Notes: a model not told the origin generated them from the letters alone. DNA of 64,000 nucleotides from Methanobacteriota archaeon (GCA_017857235.1 JAFMDN010000002.1:13541-77540); one strand, 5' to 3'. Numbered from the stretch's first letter, positions 29,613-39,805 are shown. A program made the numbers and translations.

Positions 29613-30288
29613 AAGCATAGAAGAATTAAATTCCAATCTAATCACATGCCAAAAGTGTCCTAGGCTTGTAAAATTCAGAGTGGAAGTTGGAATAAACAAT
29701 AATAGGTTTAAGGGAGAAAAATTCTGGAGCAAACCAGTTCCGGGATTCGGAGATATAGAGGGAGAATTCCTTGTATTAGGTTTAGCTCCTGCCCCAACGG
29801 GGGGAAACAGGACTGGAAGGGTTTTTACTGGTGACAAAAGTGCAGAATTTTTAATGAAAAATCTTTTTGAAGCAGGTTTTGCCAATCAACCATTTTCTAT
29901 AAAAATTGATGATGGCCTTAAACTTCATAACACATATATAACAGCAGCTTTAAAATGTGTTCCACCAGATAATATTCCCACAAAGGAGGAATTAGAAAAT
30001 TGCTCTGTGTATCTTTACAATGAGATAGAATTAATGCATAATCTGAAGGTTGTATTAACGCTAGGTAGGATAGCATTTGATTCCTTTAAAAACTACCTAA
30101 ATAAAAAGGGGTTTAATACAAAGGATATGAAATTTCAACATGGTATGCACTATGACATTAATGGATTGCGAGTTTATTGCTCTTATCATCCCAGTCCTAG
30201 AAACGTAAATACCGGCGTTCTAAACAATGAAATGTTTTTCAATTTGCTATTAGAAATAAGGGAATACATTCAAAAAAATAAGGATTAA
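29599..30288 (+). CDS. udgB: uracil-DNA glycosylase, family 5 (UdgB)
   Basis: C..CPRL, W.KPVPGFGD, GLAPA..GGNRTGR.FTGD.S, HPSP.N. Probable start ATG 29599. Confidence 0.92.
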   Translation: MKVFKSIEELNSNLITCQKCPRLVKFRVEVGINNNRFKGEKFWSKPVPGFGDIEGEFLVLGLAPAPTGGNRTGRVFTGDKSAEFLMKNLFEAGFANQPFSIKIDDGLKLHNTYITAALKCVPPDNIPTKEELENCSVYLYNEIELMHNLKVVLTLGRIAFDSFKNYLNKKGFNTKDMKFQHGMHYDINGLRVYCSYHPSPRNVNTGVLNNEMFFNLLLEIREYIQKNKD

Positions 30289-31979
30289 TTAAGATTAAAA
30301 GATTTTTTAACATTCTCCGCATCTTCCACTTCTACCTTGAATTTTTTAGGATAAATTGCTGCTTTTAAATTCAAAATCTTCAGATTATTTCTTCTAAATA
30401 ATGCAATGTTAACAGTATCATTAGGCTTAATCCATTTGATGTTGTCCAGTTTTATCCCTTTCCATTCCTTTAAGTAATCCTCTGTGTAACCTTCAATCAT
30501 CCTCTTTCCATCTACTGCTATTACCTCATCACCTGGAACGATACCTGACTGGTATGCTGGATAGTCCTTAATTGCAAATCTTACCAATAGCTTTCCATTA
30601 GATACCGTGAAAATTAAACCCAGGAAACCGTTACCTTTTTCCTGTGTTGATACTTTGAATCCTAGTCTTTTGAGCCTCTCAGTCAATTCCATATCACCAG
30701 GTACCTCTGCCAGTTTAGGCAATACTTCCTCTCCCAATCCTTTCCCTATGGATTCCAATATATTCTTTAGATCATTATAGGTAATTCCTTTTCCGTTACT
30801 CTTATATAGTCCCCAAAGAGCTCTCATAAAATCATCTACTGTCTTTTTGCCATTTGACCTCCTCAAAATTTCTTCGTTTAGGGCTATAGCCATCAATTCA
30901 CCTTTCAAATAATAAGAGATATAATTGTTAATTATGTCCCCATCTGGTTTATATAACTTGATCCATGTATTAAAAGATGATGAATTGGCATCCCTGTATT
31001 TATATCCCGGTTGAATGAAATAATAATTCAAAGCCTCGGACAAATGATTTGAATAATCTTCAATCTTTGCGATTGAGGCTCTCAAAAGTATTATCCATTC
31101 ATAATATGATGTAAATCCTTCTGAAAGCCATAGAAGTTTCGTATAATTTTCCTTAGTATAATCGAAAGGCCCTAACTCAATTGGTCTTATCCTTTTAACA
31201 TTCCACGTATGGAAGAACTCGTGTGAAATAACTGTCTTGAATATAAGATACTCATAATCGTCTACCATTCTGTTTTCATTTCCTATTATAACGGTTGAAT
31301 TTTTATGTTCAAGACCTCCAGCAATGTCATCTGGTGCTAAGATGAAAAGGAATGAATATCTTTCATAAGGTAATTCACCGAATATATCTCTTGTTACCTT
31401 GACTATTTTCTCTACTTCATTTACAAATTCATCAAAATTTCTGTTAAAATTTCCTACAATGGAGACATAATGTTTCTTACCATCAAGATCAAAACTCTTC
31501 GATAATCCATCGTGGAGTAGTATAGGTGTGTCGATGAAATCATCATAATTTTCCATAAAATAAAATTCATTTTCTTTGTTCATTGAAGTTGAAATGTGCC
31601 TATGTGGGCTGTTTATGATTTTTAACCTGTATTTTTCTTCTTTCCTACCTTCCACGTAAAAGAAAACAGACGAACCGTTAATGAGTACAAAATCTTCATC
31701 CGAATAGGATGTTTGCACTGAAAGTTCCTCAGCATAAATTGAATAATTTATTATAATTTCTTCACCCTTCACTTTGTAACTTTTCTTGTCTATCTGTTGT
31801 ATTTCACCTTTCTCCGCATTTATGTGTGATATATGTCTCGAAAAATCCCTTACCATGTAAGAGCCAGGAGCCCATACAGGCATGGTTATTATTTCCTCAT
31901 TTGATTTGCTTTCAAATTTCATTCTTATATTCAGAATGTGGCTTCTCGCCTCGGCTAAGTCCACAACAAAATCTATCAT
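30285..31979 (-). CDS. M61 family (glycyl) aminopeptidase with PDZ domain
   Basis: MPVW.PGSY, GGLEH.NS, HEFFH.WNVKR, LW.SEG.TSYY, SYY.KG, C-terminal PDZ. Confidence 0.92.
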   Translation of the reverse strand: MIDFVVDLAEARSHILNIRMKFESKSNEEIITMPVWAPGSYMVRDFSRHISHINAEKGEIQQIDKKSYKVKGEEIIINYSIYAEELSVQTSYSDEDFVLINGSSVFFYVEGRKEEKYRLKIINSPHRHISTSMNKENEFYFMENYDDFIDTPILLHDGLSKSFDLDGKKHYVSIVGNFNRNFDEFVNEVEKIVKVTRDIFGELPYERYSFLFILAPDDIAGGLEHKNSTVIIGNENRMVDDYEYLIFKTVISHEFFHTWNVKRIRPIELGPFDYTKENYTKLLWLSEGFTSYYEWIILLRASIAKIEDYSNHLSEALNYYFIQPGYKYRDANSSSFNTWIKLYKPDGDIINNYISYYLKGELMAIALNEEILRRSNGKKTVDDFMRALWGLYKSNGKGITYNDLKNILESIGKGLGEEVLPKLAEVPGDMELTERLKRLGFKVSTQEKGNGFLGLIFTVSNGKLLVRFAIKDYPAYQSGIVPGDEVIAVDGKRMIEGYTEDYLKEWKGIKLDNIKWIKPNDTVNIALFRRNNLKILNLKAAIYPKKFKVEVEDAENVKKSFNLN

Positions 31980-32014
31980 GGAGTGTAATTTTAACCATAA
32001 TTTAAATTATTTGC

Positions 32015-32030
32015 AAATTGTATACAATTT
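32015..32030. promoter_or_regulatory. perfect 16-bp palindrome AAATTGTATACAATTT, candidate transcription-factor site
   Basis: Self-complementary; lies just upstream of the TTTATA element (~32044-32050) of the leaderless 32068 gene. Confidence 0.5.
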
Positions 32031-32067
32031 TGAAATTTCATTTTTTATATCTTAATTATACTTTATC

Positions 32068-33621
32068 ATGAACAAGGGCTTGATTATAGGAATAATCGTG
32101 GTATTGCTTGTCTTGGCAGGCGCTCTTGGATATGCTTACATGAACTCTTCGGCAAACGTAACTTCCTTGAATAACAGAGTTGCCACCCTGAAATCCCAAC
32201 TAAATTCAGTAAACAGCAGTTATATGCAGCTACAACAGAATTACACCACTATACAAAATGAACTAAGTGTTTATAAAAGCAACATAAATTCATTAAAGAA
32301 TGACCTTTCACAAAATTCTAGTTTAGTCGTTCTCAATGCTGCCTTCTCACATTGGGACTATATAGCTATCGAAAATTCATCCCTATTGAGCATGCAATAT
32401 GCATCTAATGCGACTTTAAATTGGATTGGTGGACCTCTATCAGGTACTTATTCAGGAGTAAATAACATCACTAATGTTTGGAATAAGTTTTTTGGTTTGT
32501 GGAGTGCAGTTTGGTTCTATACACCATCACCACCTTCCGTAACTGTTTCTGGTAATTCCGCCAATGTATCTTCTGAAGTACAGTTTGTTCTAACCTCATT
32601 CAAAACTCCCTTGGAAGTCGACTATCTCAATATAACCTATTACCTTAACTTCTATCTCATGGGAAGTCAATGGCTAATAACCCATGAAGTATGGCACATA
32701 GAATCTCATGGTCCAATATCATATACTTATAACTATGTGAGCTATCTCCAGAGTCAGGAAGTAATGAACATATCTTTCTCTCACTGGGACTATATAGCTA
32801 TAGAAAATACTTCCCTGCTAGTTCCCCAATATTACAGTAACGCCACTCTTATCTGGATTGGTGGTCCACTCTCAGGTACATACAATGGAATACAAAATAT
32901 ATCGGCGGTTTGGAATAGGTTCTTCGGTCTGTGGAGCGCAGTTTGGTTCTATACTGTCAATCCTCCGACACTTTCTGAATCCAATGGAAATTACTATGTA
33001 AATGCAACTGTGCAATGGGTACTGACATCATTTAAGACACCAATGCAAGTTAACTCAATAATAACAAATTACACATTGGAGTTCCAGATGATAAATGGTG
33101 TGCCTCTTATAACTTATGAAATATGGCACATTGTAGGTGCACAAATAATATCCTACAGCGCATCCTATGTTGAATCACTGCAATCACAAGCACTTTTGAA
33201 TGCCTCATTTTCACATTGGAATAACATTGCAATAGAGAATCTTTCCTTGGTCATGACACAATACGAGCAAAATAGCAGCTTGCAATGGATAGGCGGAAAA
33301 TTGGCAGGAAATTACACCAATTATACACAGATATCCCAAGTATGGAATAAATTCTTCTCCCTATGGGCAGCAGTATGGTTCTACTCAGAAGCGCCTCCTA
33401 TGGTAACACTTAACATAAGTGGAGGATTTGTAACAGGTGGAACTGTTACTGCAGACATACAATTCGTAGTACAGAGTTCTTCAAATACAAGCGTATTCGA
33501 ATACATTGATGTAGTCTACACCCTCGATTTCCAATTTATAAATGGAAAATACTACATAACACATGAAATATTCGACAACGTTGGATCAGGACCACTATCA
33601 CAGGTGGCACCATTCACATGA
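32068..33621 (+). CDS. membrane-anchored secreted glycoprotein: coiled-coil stalk plus three tandem NTF2/SnoaL-like repeats
   Basis: N-terminal TM helix, heptad stalk, three repeats of ~143 aa (SHW..IAIEN...Y...A.L.WIGG.L.G.Y...W..FF.LW.AVWFY...E.W.I); about 20 N-x-S/T sequons. Confidence 0.75.
   Translation: MNKGLIIGIIVVLLVLAGALGYAYMNSSANVTSLNNRVATLKSQLNSVNSSYMQLQQNYTTIQNELSVYKSNINSLKNDLSQNSSLVVLNAAFSHWDYIAIENSSLLSMQYASNATLNWIGGPLSGTYSGVNNITNVWNKFFGLWSAVWFYTPSPPSVTVSGNSANVSSEVQFVLTSFKTPLEVDYLNITYYLNFYLMGSQWLITHEVWHIESHGPISYTYNYVSYLQSQEVMNISFSHWDYIAIENTSLLVPQYYSNATLIWIGGPLSGTYNGIQNISAVWNRFFGLWSAVWFYTVNPPTLSESNGNYYVNATVQWVLTSFKTPMQVNSIITNYTLEFQMINGVPLITYEIWHIVGAQIISYSASYVESLQSQALLNASFSHWNNIAIENLSLVMTQYEQNSSLQWIGGKLAGNYTNYTQISQVWNKFFSLWAAVWFYSEAPPMVTLNISGGFVTGGTVTADIQFVVQSSSNTSVFEYIDVVYTLDFQFINGKYYITHEIFDNVGSGPLSQVAPFT
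32329..33600 (+). repeat. intragenic triple tandem repeat, period ~430 nt
   Basis: Near-identical DNA blocks such as tgggactatatagctat and gcagtttggttctatac recur about 430 nt apart. Confidence 0.85.
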
Positions 33622-33989
33622 ACTATTTAATTGAATTAAATTTTTATAATTCTTTTAACTTTTTCTTTGAATTGACTGCTAAAAAATATGATGAAATTGA
33701 ATTGCAAGATAAGTATCTGAAGAGGTCACTTTTCTGGTTATTGATAGCTTCAAGGGGTGGTGATACCAGAGCTAAAATATTGAAGGTATTAATTGAGACC
33801 CCTATGAACAAAAATGAATTAAGCAAAAAGTTATCTCTGAATTATAGGACGATTACCCATCACCTTAAGGTTCTGCAGGAAAATAAAATAGTATATGAAG
33901 ATGATAGATATGGAGGATTAGTGTATATAGAAGATGGAATAATGGATGATATCAAAAAATTTCTAGAGTATTATGGAGGGGAAAATTAA
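33618..33989 (+). CDS. ArsR-like winged-helix transcriptional regulator
   Basis: [17 protein letters not shown]...P.N.NELS..L.LNYRTI.HHL.VL. True start may be later (TTG near 33702). Confidence 0.85.
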   Translation: MNYLIELNFYNSFNFFFELTAKKYDEIELQDKYLKRSLFWLLIASRGGDTRAKILKVLIETPMNKNELSKKLSLNYRTITHHLKVLQENKIVYEDDRYGGLVYIEDGIMDDIKKFLEYYGGEN

Positions 33990-34273
33990 TGGGTATATTT
34001 TGGATTATGTCATTAATTCTGGAAGTTTTGATGCTTGTTGCCTATGCAATATTGGCCACTGGATTTATTGGACTTTATAATTCTAGAAAGCAAGCTATAA
34101 TGCTTCGCCTCTTTATTTTTGCAATCAGCATGATTGCTTTCTTCGGCATAATGATTTATTTGACCTACTACCTGGCACTTAGATTTGGATATCCACTGGC
34201 CTTTCTGGTTTTAAGTGCAATGGCTCTGGTATTTGTCGGATCATTTTACCTATTAAAAGTAGTAGAATCTTAA
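33989..34273 (+). CDS. small 3-TM membrane protein coupled to the wHTH regulator
   Basis: Three hydrophobic helices; TAATG overlap; GGAGGGG SD. Confidence 0.75.
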   Translation: MGIFWIMSLILEVLMLVAYAILATGFIGLYNSRKQAIMLRLFIFAISMIAFFGIMIYLTYYLALRFGYPLAFLVLSAMALVFVGSFYLLKVVES

Positions 34274-34278
34274 TTTAA

Positions 34279-35208
34279 TTATTCTTTTAATTCTTCCATT
34301 ACCATAGCATTGTGAGCATCTATCATTAGAACTATCTTTTCATCCTTGTGAACAAAAACAGCTGTCCAAATAGGTATGTGAACTAAATAAACATCTGATA
34401 TATCTACTGAAGTTTCAGCTGCCAGAAAATTGTGATGGTATATTTTCTGAAGCTTTCTCATCTCCCACTGCTGAATCAATACTTTACCCATTACTCTGGC
34501 TTTTTCTTCTCCTATGGTTCCATTCAATAATTTAACTGGGGAGTTAATATCTGAATTACCAATAACCCTCTTATTTTGCAAATTGAAAATGTAATCAGGT
34601 GGCTGGTATTGTTTAAGATTTTCCACCGCTATAACTGGATATTGCACCATACCAACATCAGTTCCAGATTCTATAACAGTCTGGACATTTTCGGTTGGAC
34701 CTATGAAGCCACCTCTACCACCTAAATTCATTGCGACAAACCCTCCAGGTTGCGCTTCCATTTTCTTATATTTGAACTGGGCGGTATATCCCGCATCAAT
34801 TATCCAATAGGGGATATATGCTAAACCCAGCTGGTCCAATCTGCTCTTTTCATACAGGTGTCTATGCAAAATACTCTTATCAAGGAAGTTCCTCGCAATA
34901 GCCAGAGCCTGATCTTTTAACTGTACCCTTATATCCAAAATGAAGTGTGATTTTACTTTAGACCAGCCCTCAGAACTTAATGATATGGATGTGCCACAGT
35001 ACTGGCATACCACCATTTCTTCTCCTGCTAATGGATTAAGAGGGGCTCCACAGTTAGGGCACTTCATTTCCTTTAAAATTTCTCTTTCACCGCTATTAGA
35101 ACTTTGGTCCATTGGTTTCTTAGTTAGCTCTACATTTTGCGGCGTTCCACATTTTGGACAAAATAAAGAATCATCTGGTATTTGTGCTCCGCACTTTCTG
35201 CAATACAT
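34279..35208 (-). CDS. zinc-ribbon protein (YdjG-like)
   Basis: CRKC/CPKC and CPNC/CQYC ribbons; Y.PYW and .P.W...IDA..A C-terminal motifs. Confidence 0.75.
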   Translation of the reverse strand: MYCRKCGAQIPDDSLFCPKCGTPQNVELTKKPMDQSSNSGEREILKEMKCPNCGAPLNPLAGEEMVVCQYCGTSISLSSEGWSKVKSHFILDIRVQLKDQALAIARNFLDKSILHRHLYEKSRLDQLGLAYIPYWIIDAGYTAQFKYKKMEAQPGGFVAMNLGGRGGFIGPTENVQTVIESGTDVGMVQYPVIAVENLKQYQPPDYIFNLQNKRVIGNSDINSPVKLLNGTIGEEKARVMGKVLIQQWEMRKLQKIYHHNFLAAETSVDISDVYLVHIPIWTAVFVHKDEKIVLMIDAHNAMVMEELKE

Positions 35209-36375
35209 TTATCCCACCTTCTCACCACAATTTGGACAGAATTTAGCGCCTGTTGGTATATCACTACCACATTTTTTACATTTTTGGGACAAAGGCTTTC
35301 CGCATTCTGGACAGAACTTTGAATTGGCAGGAATTTCCTTTCCGCAATTTGGGCATTTTATTGTCTCTGATTGTTTAAAATTATATCCGCATTCTGGACA
35401 GAATTTTGCATTTGAAGGTACTGTATTACCGCATGAAGGGCACTTCTTAGTGTCGGATTGCTGCTGATACTGATTTGGCTGCTGTGCCAGCCCTTGTGAT
35501 ACAGAGGCTGCAAATGGATAGGCAATACCTGCACCTGCACCAATTCCGACTCCCAGACCTGCCCCTACCCCAGCAGCTCCAGATGGATTTTTGGCTGCAT
35601 CCACTACAGCCTGACCACTCTGATATTGCATATAATTAACACCCAGAACCTGCATGCTTGACCTAGTATCAATGGCTTTTTGAACGGTTTCTGGTAAATT
35701 TATATTCAACCCTGAAATTTTGTTTATTTCAATTCCATACTGCTGGAAAGAATTTTTTGATTCTGCAATCACCGCTTCTTCAATGTTCAATAAATTGGAA
35801 GGGATGTCGGTGACCGAAATACCTTGATCTTTCATCTTTCCCAGAATATTGTAAATAAGAAGCACTATCTGCTCCTTTATTCTCTGTTCTACCTGTGCCG
35901 TTGTTTCTAAAGAAAAAGTACCCACGAATTGGTTTATGAATATTGATGGATCAGAAATTCTATACCTAGCTTCTCCGTACAACCTTAGAAGCACAATTCC
36001 GAAGTCTTTATCCTTAAAAGCGTATGGTTCGGCTGATCCAAATTTAATATCAAAAAAGCGTCTTTGAAGATAATAAACTTCTGCTTGTTGTTGTATTCCT
36101 GTCAGAAGTTTTACAATTTCGCCGACCACAGGAGCGTTTAAATCAGTAAGGGCATACCTTCCCGGTTTATCGATATATGCCAATGCCTTTCCATCCCTAT
36201 AGAATACAGCAATTTCATCCTCCCTAACTACAATGTTATCATTGAATCTTATTAACCTTGGAACTTTCCACATAACATTGTTCTGTTTGAACTGATCTTC
36301 CCATTCTATCGTAATCGATCCTAAAACACTCCCGCCAGAATTTGGTATATGATCAGTTTTTTTATGGAAAACCAT
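35209..36375 (-). CDS. SPFH/band-7 domain protein with C-terminal double-zinc-ribbon repeats (YdjI-like)
   Basis: VVREDE.AVF..DG....PG.Y, KFG...P, Gly-rich GAGLGVG linker, six CxxC motifs. Start ATG 36375 after a GGAGG SD. Confidence 0.87.
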   Translation of the reverse strand: MVFHKKTDHIPNSGGSVLGSITIEWEDQFKQNNVMWKVPRLIRFNDNIVVREDEIAVFYRDGKALAYIDKPGRYALTDLNAPVVGEIVKLLTGIQQQAEVYYLQRRFFDIKFGSAEPYAFKDKDFGIVLLRLYGEARYRISDPSIFINQFVGTFSLETTAQVEQRIKEQIVLLIYNILGKMKDQGISVTDIPSNLLNIEEAVIAESKNSFQQYGIEINKISGLNINLPETVQKAIDTRSSMQVLGVNYMQYQSGQAVVDAAKNPSGAAGVGAGLGVGIGAGAGIAYPFAASVSQGLAQQPNQYQQQSDTKKCPSCGNTVPSNAKFCPECGYNFKQSETIKCPNCGKEIPANSKFCPECGKPLSQKCKKCGSDIPTGAKFCPNCGEKVG

Positions 36376-36376
36376 G

Positions 36377-36898
36377 TTATATTCCTCCGTACAATATCCT
36401 ATTTCTGGATGAGTCCAAATCATGAATTCCAACAATTTCTTCAAGAACCTGGTTATATTTACCTAGATCAAATCTTCCCATCAAAGAATCAGCAACCATC
36501 TGTTCTATATTGTTTTTGAGGTTTGTTAGATTCTCATATATTTTAATATCTAGGTCATAGAGAGCATTCAATTTCTCCGGGGTTACCCTCACTGCAGCAG
36601 ATATTCCTGAATAACCTGCCTCATGGTGTTTGATTCTCTCAGCTATTTCTTGAATGTTAGATCTTAATATACCTAATTTTTCCAAATATTGGAATAATCC
36701 TTGGCTGACTAGATTATTTTCAATTTTCTTAACAGATTCATTTATGTTAAGCATAAATTTATAAATTTCATCCTTCAAATAGATGTCTGCATCTCTCAGG
36801 TCTTCATTAACCCTATATCCGTGGTATCCGGGAAAAAGTAATTGTAATTTCTTAATAGCACCTCTATCATCTGTTACCTCATCTCTGATGTCAGCCAT
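36377..36898 (-). CDS. conserved hypothetical alpha-helical protein
   Basis: PGY.GY...E..R.AD...H...GYSG......V....L..LY..D pattern; first gene of the SPFH operon. Confidence 0.75.
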   Translation of the reverse strand: MADIRDEVTDDRGAIKKLQLLFPGYHGYRVNEDLRDADIYLKDEIYKFMLNINESVKKIENNLVSQGLFQYLEKLGILRSNIQEIAERIKHHEAGYSGISAAVRVTPEKLNALYDLDIKIYENLTNLKNNIEQMVADSLMGRFDLGKYNQVLEEIVGIHDLDSSRNRILYGGI

Positions 36899-37011
36899 TG
36901 ATATAAATAACGAATTGTAATATTAAAGTTTATTTAAATAAATCTATCTAACAAGAAGCACAGAAGAAAGTAATTCGAGAATATTTATGCATGAATTTTT
37001 AATACAGCGAT

Positions 37012-38352
37012 ATGAAAAATGAAGGAGAGGAAGGGGGGAAAGAACTTGGTGAGCTGGCCATAAGATATTCCAATCATTATCATGGTAAAATATCATCAAT
37101 ACCAAAGGTTCCAATTAAACATCTTGATGATTTTTCTATTTGGTATACACCCGGTGTGGCCCAGGTTTCTATGGAAATTGCGAAAGATAAAGAATTGGCA
37201 TATGAGTACACGTGGAAATGGAATTCCGTAGCAATTATTACAGATGGAACGAGGGTTCTGGGTTTGGGGAATATAGGTCCAGAAGCTTCACTTCCTGTCA
37301 TGGAGGGTAAAGCTTTGATTTTCAAATATCTTGGAGGGGTGGATGCAATACCGATACCAATAGGAACAACAGATAAAGAAATGATTATAAAAGTAGTAAA
37401 ATCGCTGGAGCCTGCTTTTGGAGGTATCAATCTGGAGGATATAGAATCCCCAAAGTGTTTCACCCTCCTTGATACCCTATCCAGGGAAATGAACATACCA
37501 GTTTGGCATGACGATCAACTAGGTACTGCTGGAGCCACACTTGCGGCATTAATTAACGCTTTGAAAATAACAGGCAGAAACAAGAAAGATACTAGAATAG
37601 TTTTATTTGGTTCTGGTGCTGCTAATATTGCTACTGCCAGATTACTGGGTGCAGCAGGATTTGATTTGGGTAATATAATAATGGTTGATTCCCATGGAAT
37701 TCTTCATCCTGAACGTGAGGATATGGATAATTTAATGGTTACTAACCCCTGGAAATATGAACTTGGTATTACCACTAATAAAATAAGAAAAAAAGGGGGA
37801 ATTCAAGAAGCTTTGGAGGGTGCAGATGTGGTCATAGCTGCTTCTCACCCAGGGCCCGGTGTAATAAAGGGTGATTGGATAAGAAAAATGGAAAAAAGGG
37901 CCATTGTTTTTGCACTTGCCAACCCTGTCCCAGAAATCTGGCCCAGCGAGGCAATTGCGAATGGTGCTGAAATTGTGGCAACTGGTAGATCTGATTTCCC
38001 AAACCAGGTAAATAATAGCTTGGTATTTCCTGGAGTTTTCAGAGGTGCCCTTGATTCAAGAACTAAGAGGATTAATGAACAAATGATAGTGGAGGCTTCA
38101 AATGAACTTGCTAAATTTGCCGAGGAAAAAGGGTTATCCACAGACTACATAATACCTAGGATGGATCAATGGGAGGTATTTCCAAGAGTTGCATCAGCTA
38201 TAGCTTATTCAGCTGTGAAATTTGGGTTTGCAAGAATATCTAAATCAAAGGAAGAGTTCTATGCAAATGCCCTTAACATTATTTCTAAAAATAGAAATAT
38301 TATAGAAAAGTTAATTGAAATAGGTTTGATAGAGGATATAAGGAGGGGTTGA
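37012..38352 (+). CDS. NAD(P)-dependent malic enzyme
   Basis: YTPGVA, TDGTRVLGLGNIGP, VMEGK, NLEDI, HDDQ.GT, G.GAA, ALANP.PEI, TGRSD.PNQVNN. Confidence 0.95.
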   Translation: MKNEGEEGGKELGELAIRYSNHYHGKISSIPKVPIKHLDDFSIWYTPGVAQVSMEIAKDKELAYEYTWKWNSVAIITDGTRVLGLGNIGPEASLPVMEGKALIFKYLGGVDAIPIPIGTTDKEMIIKVVKSLEPAFGGINLEDIESPKCFTLLDTLSREMNIPVWHDDQLGTAGATLAALINALKITGRNKKDTRIVLFGSGAANIATARLLGAAGFDLGNIIMVDSHGILHPEREDMDNLMVTNPWKYELGITTNKIRKKGGIQEALEGADVVIAASHPGPGVIKGDWIRKMEKRAIVFALANPVPEIWPSEAIANGAEIVATGRSDFPNQVNNSLVFPGVFRGALDSRTKRINEQMIVEASNELAKFAEEKGLSTDYIIPRMDQWEVFPRVASAIAYSAVKFGFARISKSKEEFYANALNIISKNRNIIEKLIEIGLIEDIRRG

Positions 38353-38825
38353 ATATGGAACCGATAATCAGGGAGATGAAAGAAGAAGATATAGAACAAG
38401 CAGCTAATTTGCTGCTTAGGCTAAAAAAGTTTAATTCAGAACACGATCCTTTATTCAGTTTGGTGGATAATGTTGAAGAAGAAGTGAAAAAGTATTTAAA
38501 ACAGGCTGTAAAAGAGCAATTCAGAGATGCCTATGTAGCTGAATACCAGGGAAAAATAATTGGTATAATACTAGCGGATATAATTGATAGACTTTTCTAT
38601 AATCCAAGAAAAGAGGTTAGAATTACGGATATATATGTTCTACCAGAATTCAGGAAGAAAGGATTAGGCACAGAATTACTGAGGGAATTGGCTAAGATAG
38701 AGAAAAAGAAAGGCTGTTCTGTTATTACTGTAGAATTCCCAACTGAGAATTTAGTGGCTACAAAATTCTTCAAGGGAGAAGGGATGAGGAGCATAATTTC
38801 AATATATGGGAAAATTATAGAATAA
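38349..38825 (+). CDS. GNAT family N-acetyltransferase
   Basis: IYVLPEFRKKGLG..L; N..A.KFF. Confidence 0.88.
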   Translation: MNMEPIIREMKEEDIEQAANLLLRLKKFNSEHDPLFSLVDNVEEEVKKYLKQAVKEQFRDAYVAEYQGKIIGIILADIIDRLFYNPRKEVRITDIYVLPEFRKKGLGTELLRELAKIEKKKGCSVITVEFPTENLVATKFFKGEGMRSIISIYGKIIE

Positions 38826-38827
38826 AT

Positions 38828-39775
38828 ATGAAAGCAATAATAGTAGAGGAACCGGGCGGATTAGAAAACTTGCATATAGGGGAGGTTCAAGATCCATCAG
38901 GAGAAGTCTTAATAAAGGTTAAATATGCTGGGCTTAACCCAATTGATGTTAATACAATCAAGGGAAAAACCAATTACAAAATATCTCCCTTCCCACATAT
39001 ACCGGGAGCTGAAATTGCAGGTATCGTAAAGGAGAGTAAAACCAATAAATTTAAGCCTGGAGATAGAGTTATTCTTTATCCGAGATTCTTTGACAATTCT
39101 TGCCTATATTGCATTTCAGGGAAACAACATATTTGTGAAAACGGCGGCATCTATGGTGCTACCAGCAATGGCGGATTTTCAGAACTCTTTGCCGGGCCAG
39201 CTTTAAATTTTTTAAAAATACCTGAGGATGTCGATTTTGAAGATGCTGTGGGCTTACCAGTTGGTGGACTAACTTCATATCATGCGCTTATTGAATCAAA
39301 CTTAAAAACAGGTGAAAAGGTCTTGATAGTTGGGGCTTCTGGAAATACTGGTCAATATGCTGTAATTCTCTCACGAATATTCGGAGCTGAAGTATATTTT
39401 GTATCCAGAAAAAAGTGGTTAACCGAATATGGTGCTATTGAATGGAATGGTCAAAATGTCGATTTAATAATAAATTCCTTAGGTACTGATTTCTTTAAAA
39501 ATTACCTTTCCTATCTAAACAAAGGTGGTCGAATTGTTACTTTTGGAACTTACACAGGTAAATTAACAGAAATTGATTTAGCCTTCCTTTATACGGGAGA
39601 AAGGAAAATAATAGGATCAACTGGTGGAACCTTGAAAGAATTACAGGACCTACTAAAGTTGGTTAAAAACTATAAAATAAAAACAAAGGTTTGGAAGCAT
39701 TTCAAATACACAGATATAAGAGAAGCCCTTCAACAGTATGATTCAAAAGATGGAAGAATAATAATAGATTTCTAG
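38828..39775 (+). CDS. Zn-dependent alcohol dehydrogenase / quinone oxidoreductase (MDR family)
   Basis: GLNPID, PG.E.AG.V, GDRV, C..C...C, GASGNTG. Confidence 0.85.
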   Translation: MKAIIVEEPGGLENLHIGEVQDPSGEVLIKVKYAGLNPIDVNTIKGKTNYKISPFPHIPGAEIAGIVKESKTNKFKPGDRVILYPRFFDNSCLYCISGKQHICENGGIYGATSNGGFSELFAGPALNFLKIPEDVDFEDAVGLPVGGLTSYHALIESNLKTGEKVLIVGASGNTGQYAVILSRIFGAEVYFVSRKKWLTEYGAIEWNGQNVDLIINSLGTDFFKNYLSYLNKGGRIVTFGTYTGKLTEIDLAFLYTGERKIIGSTGGTLKELQDLLKLVKNYKIKTKVWKHFKYTDIREALQQYDSKDGRIIIDF

Positions 39776-39805
39776 GTTAAATGAATTTTAATTTAATCTT
39801 TATTT

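Noticed and set aside
34940-35467. 175-aa plus-strand ORF with repeated PQFGQN/PHSGQN units
   Set aside because: Antisense shadow of the repeated FCPxCG Zn-ribbon codons on the minus strand.
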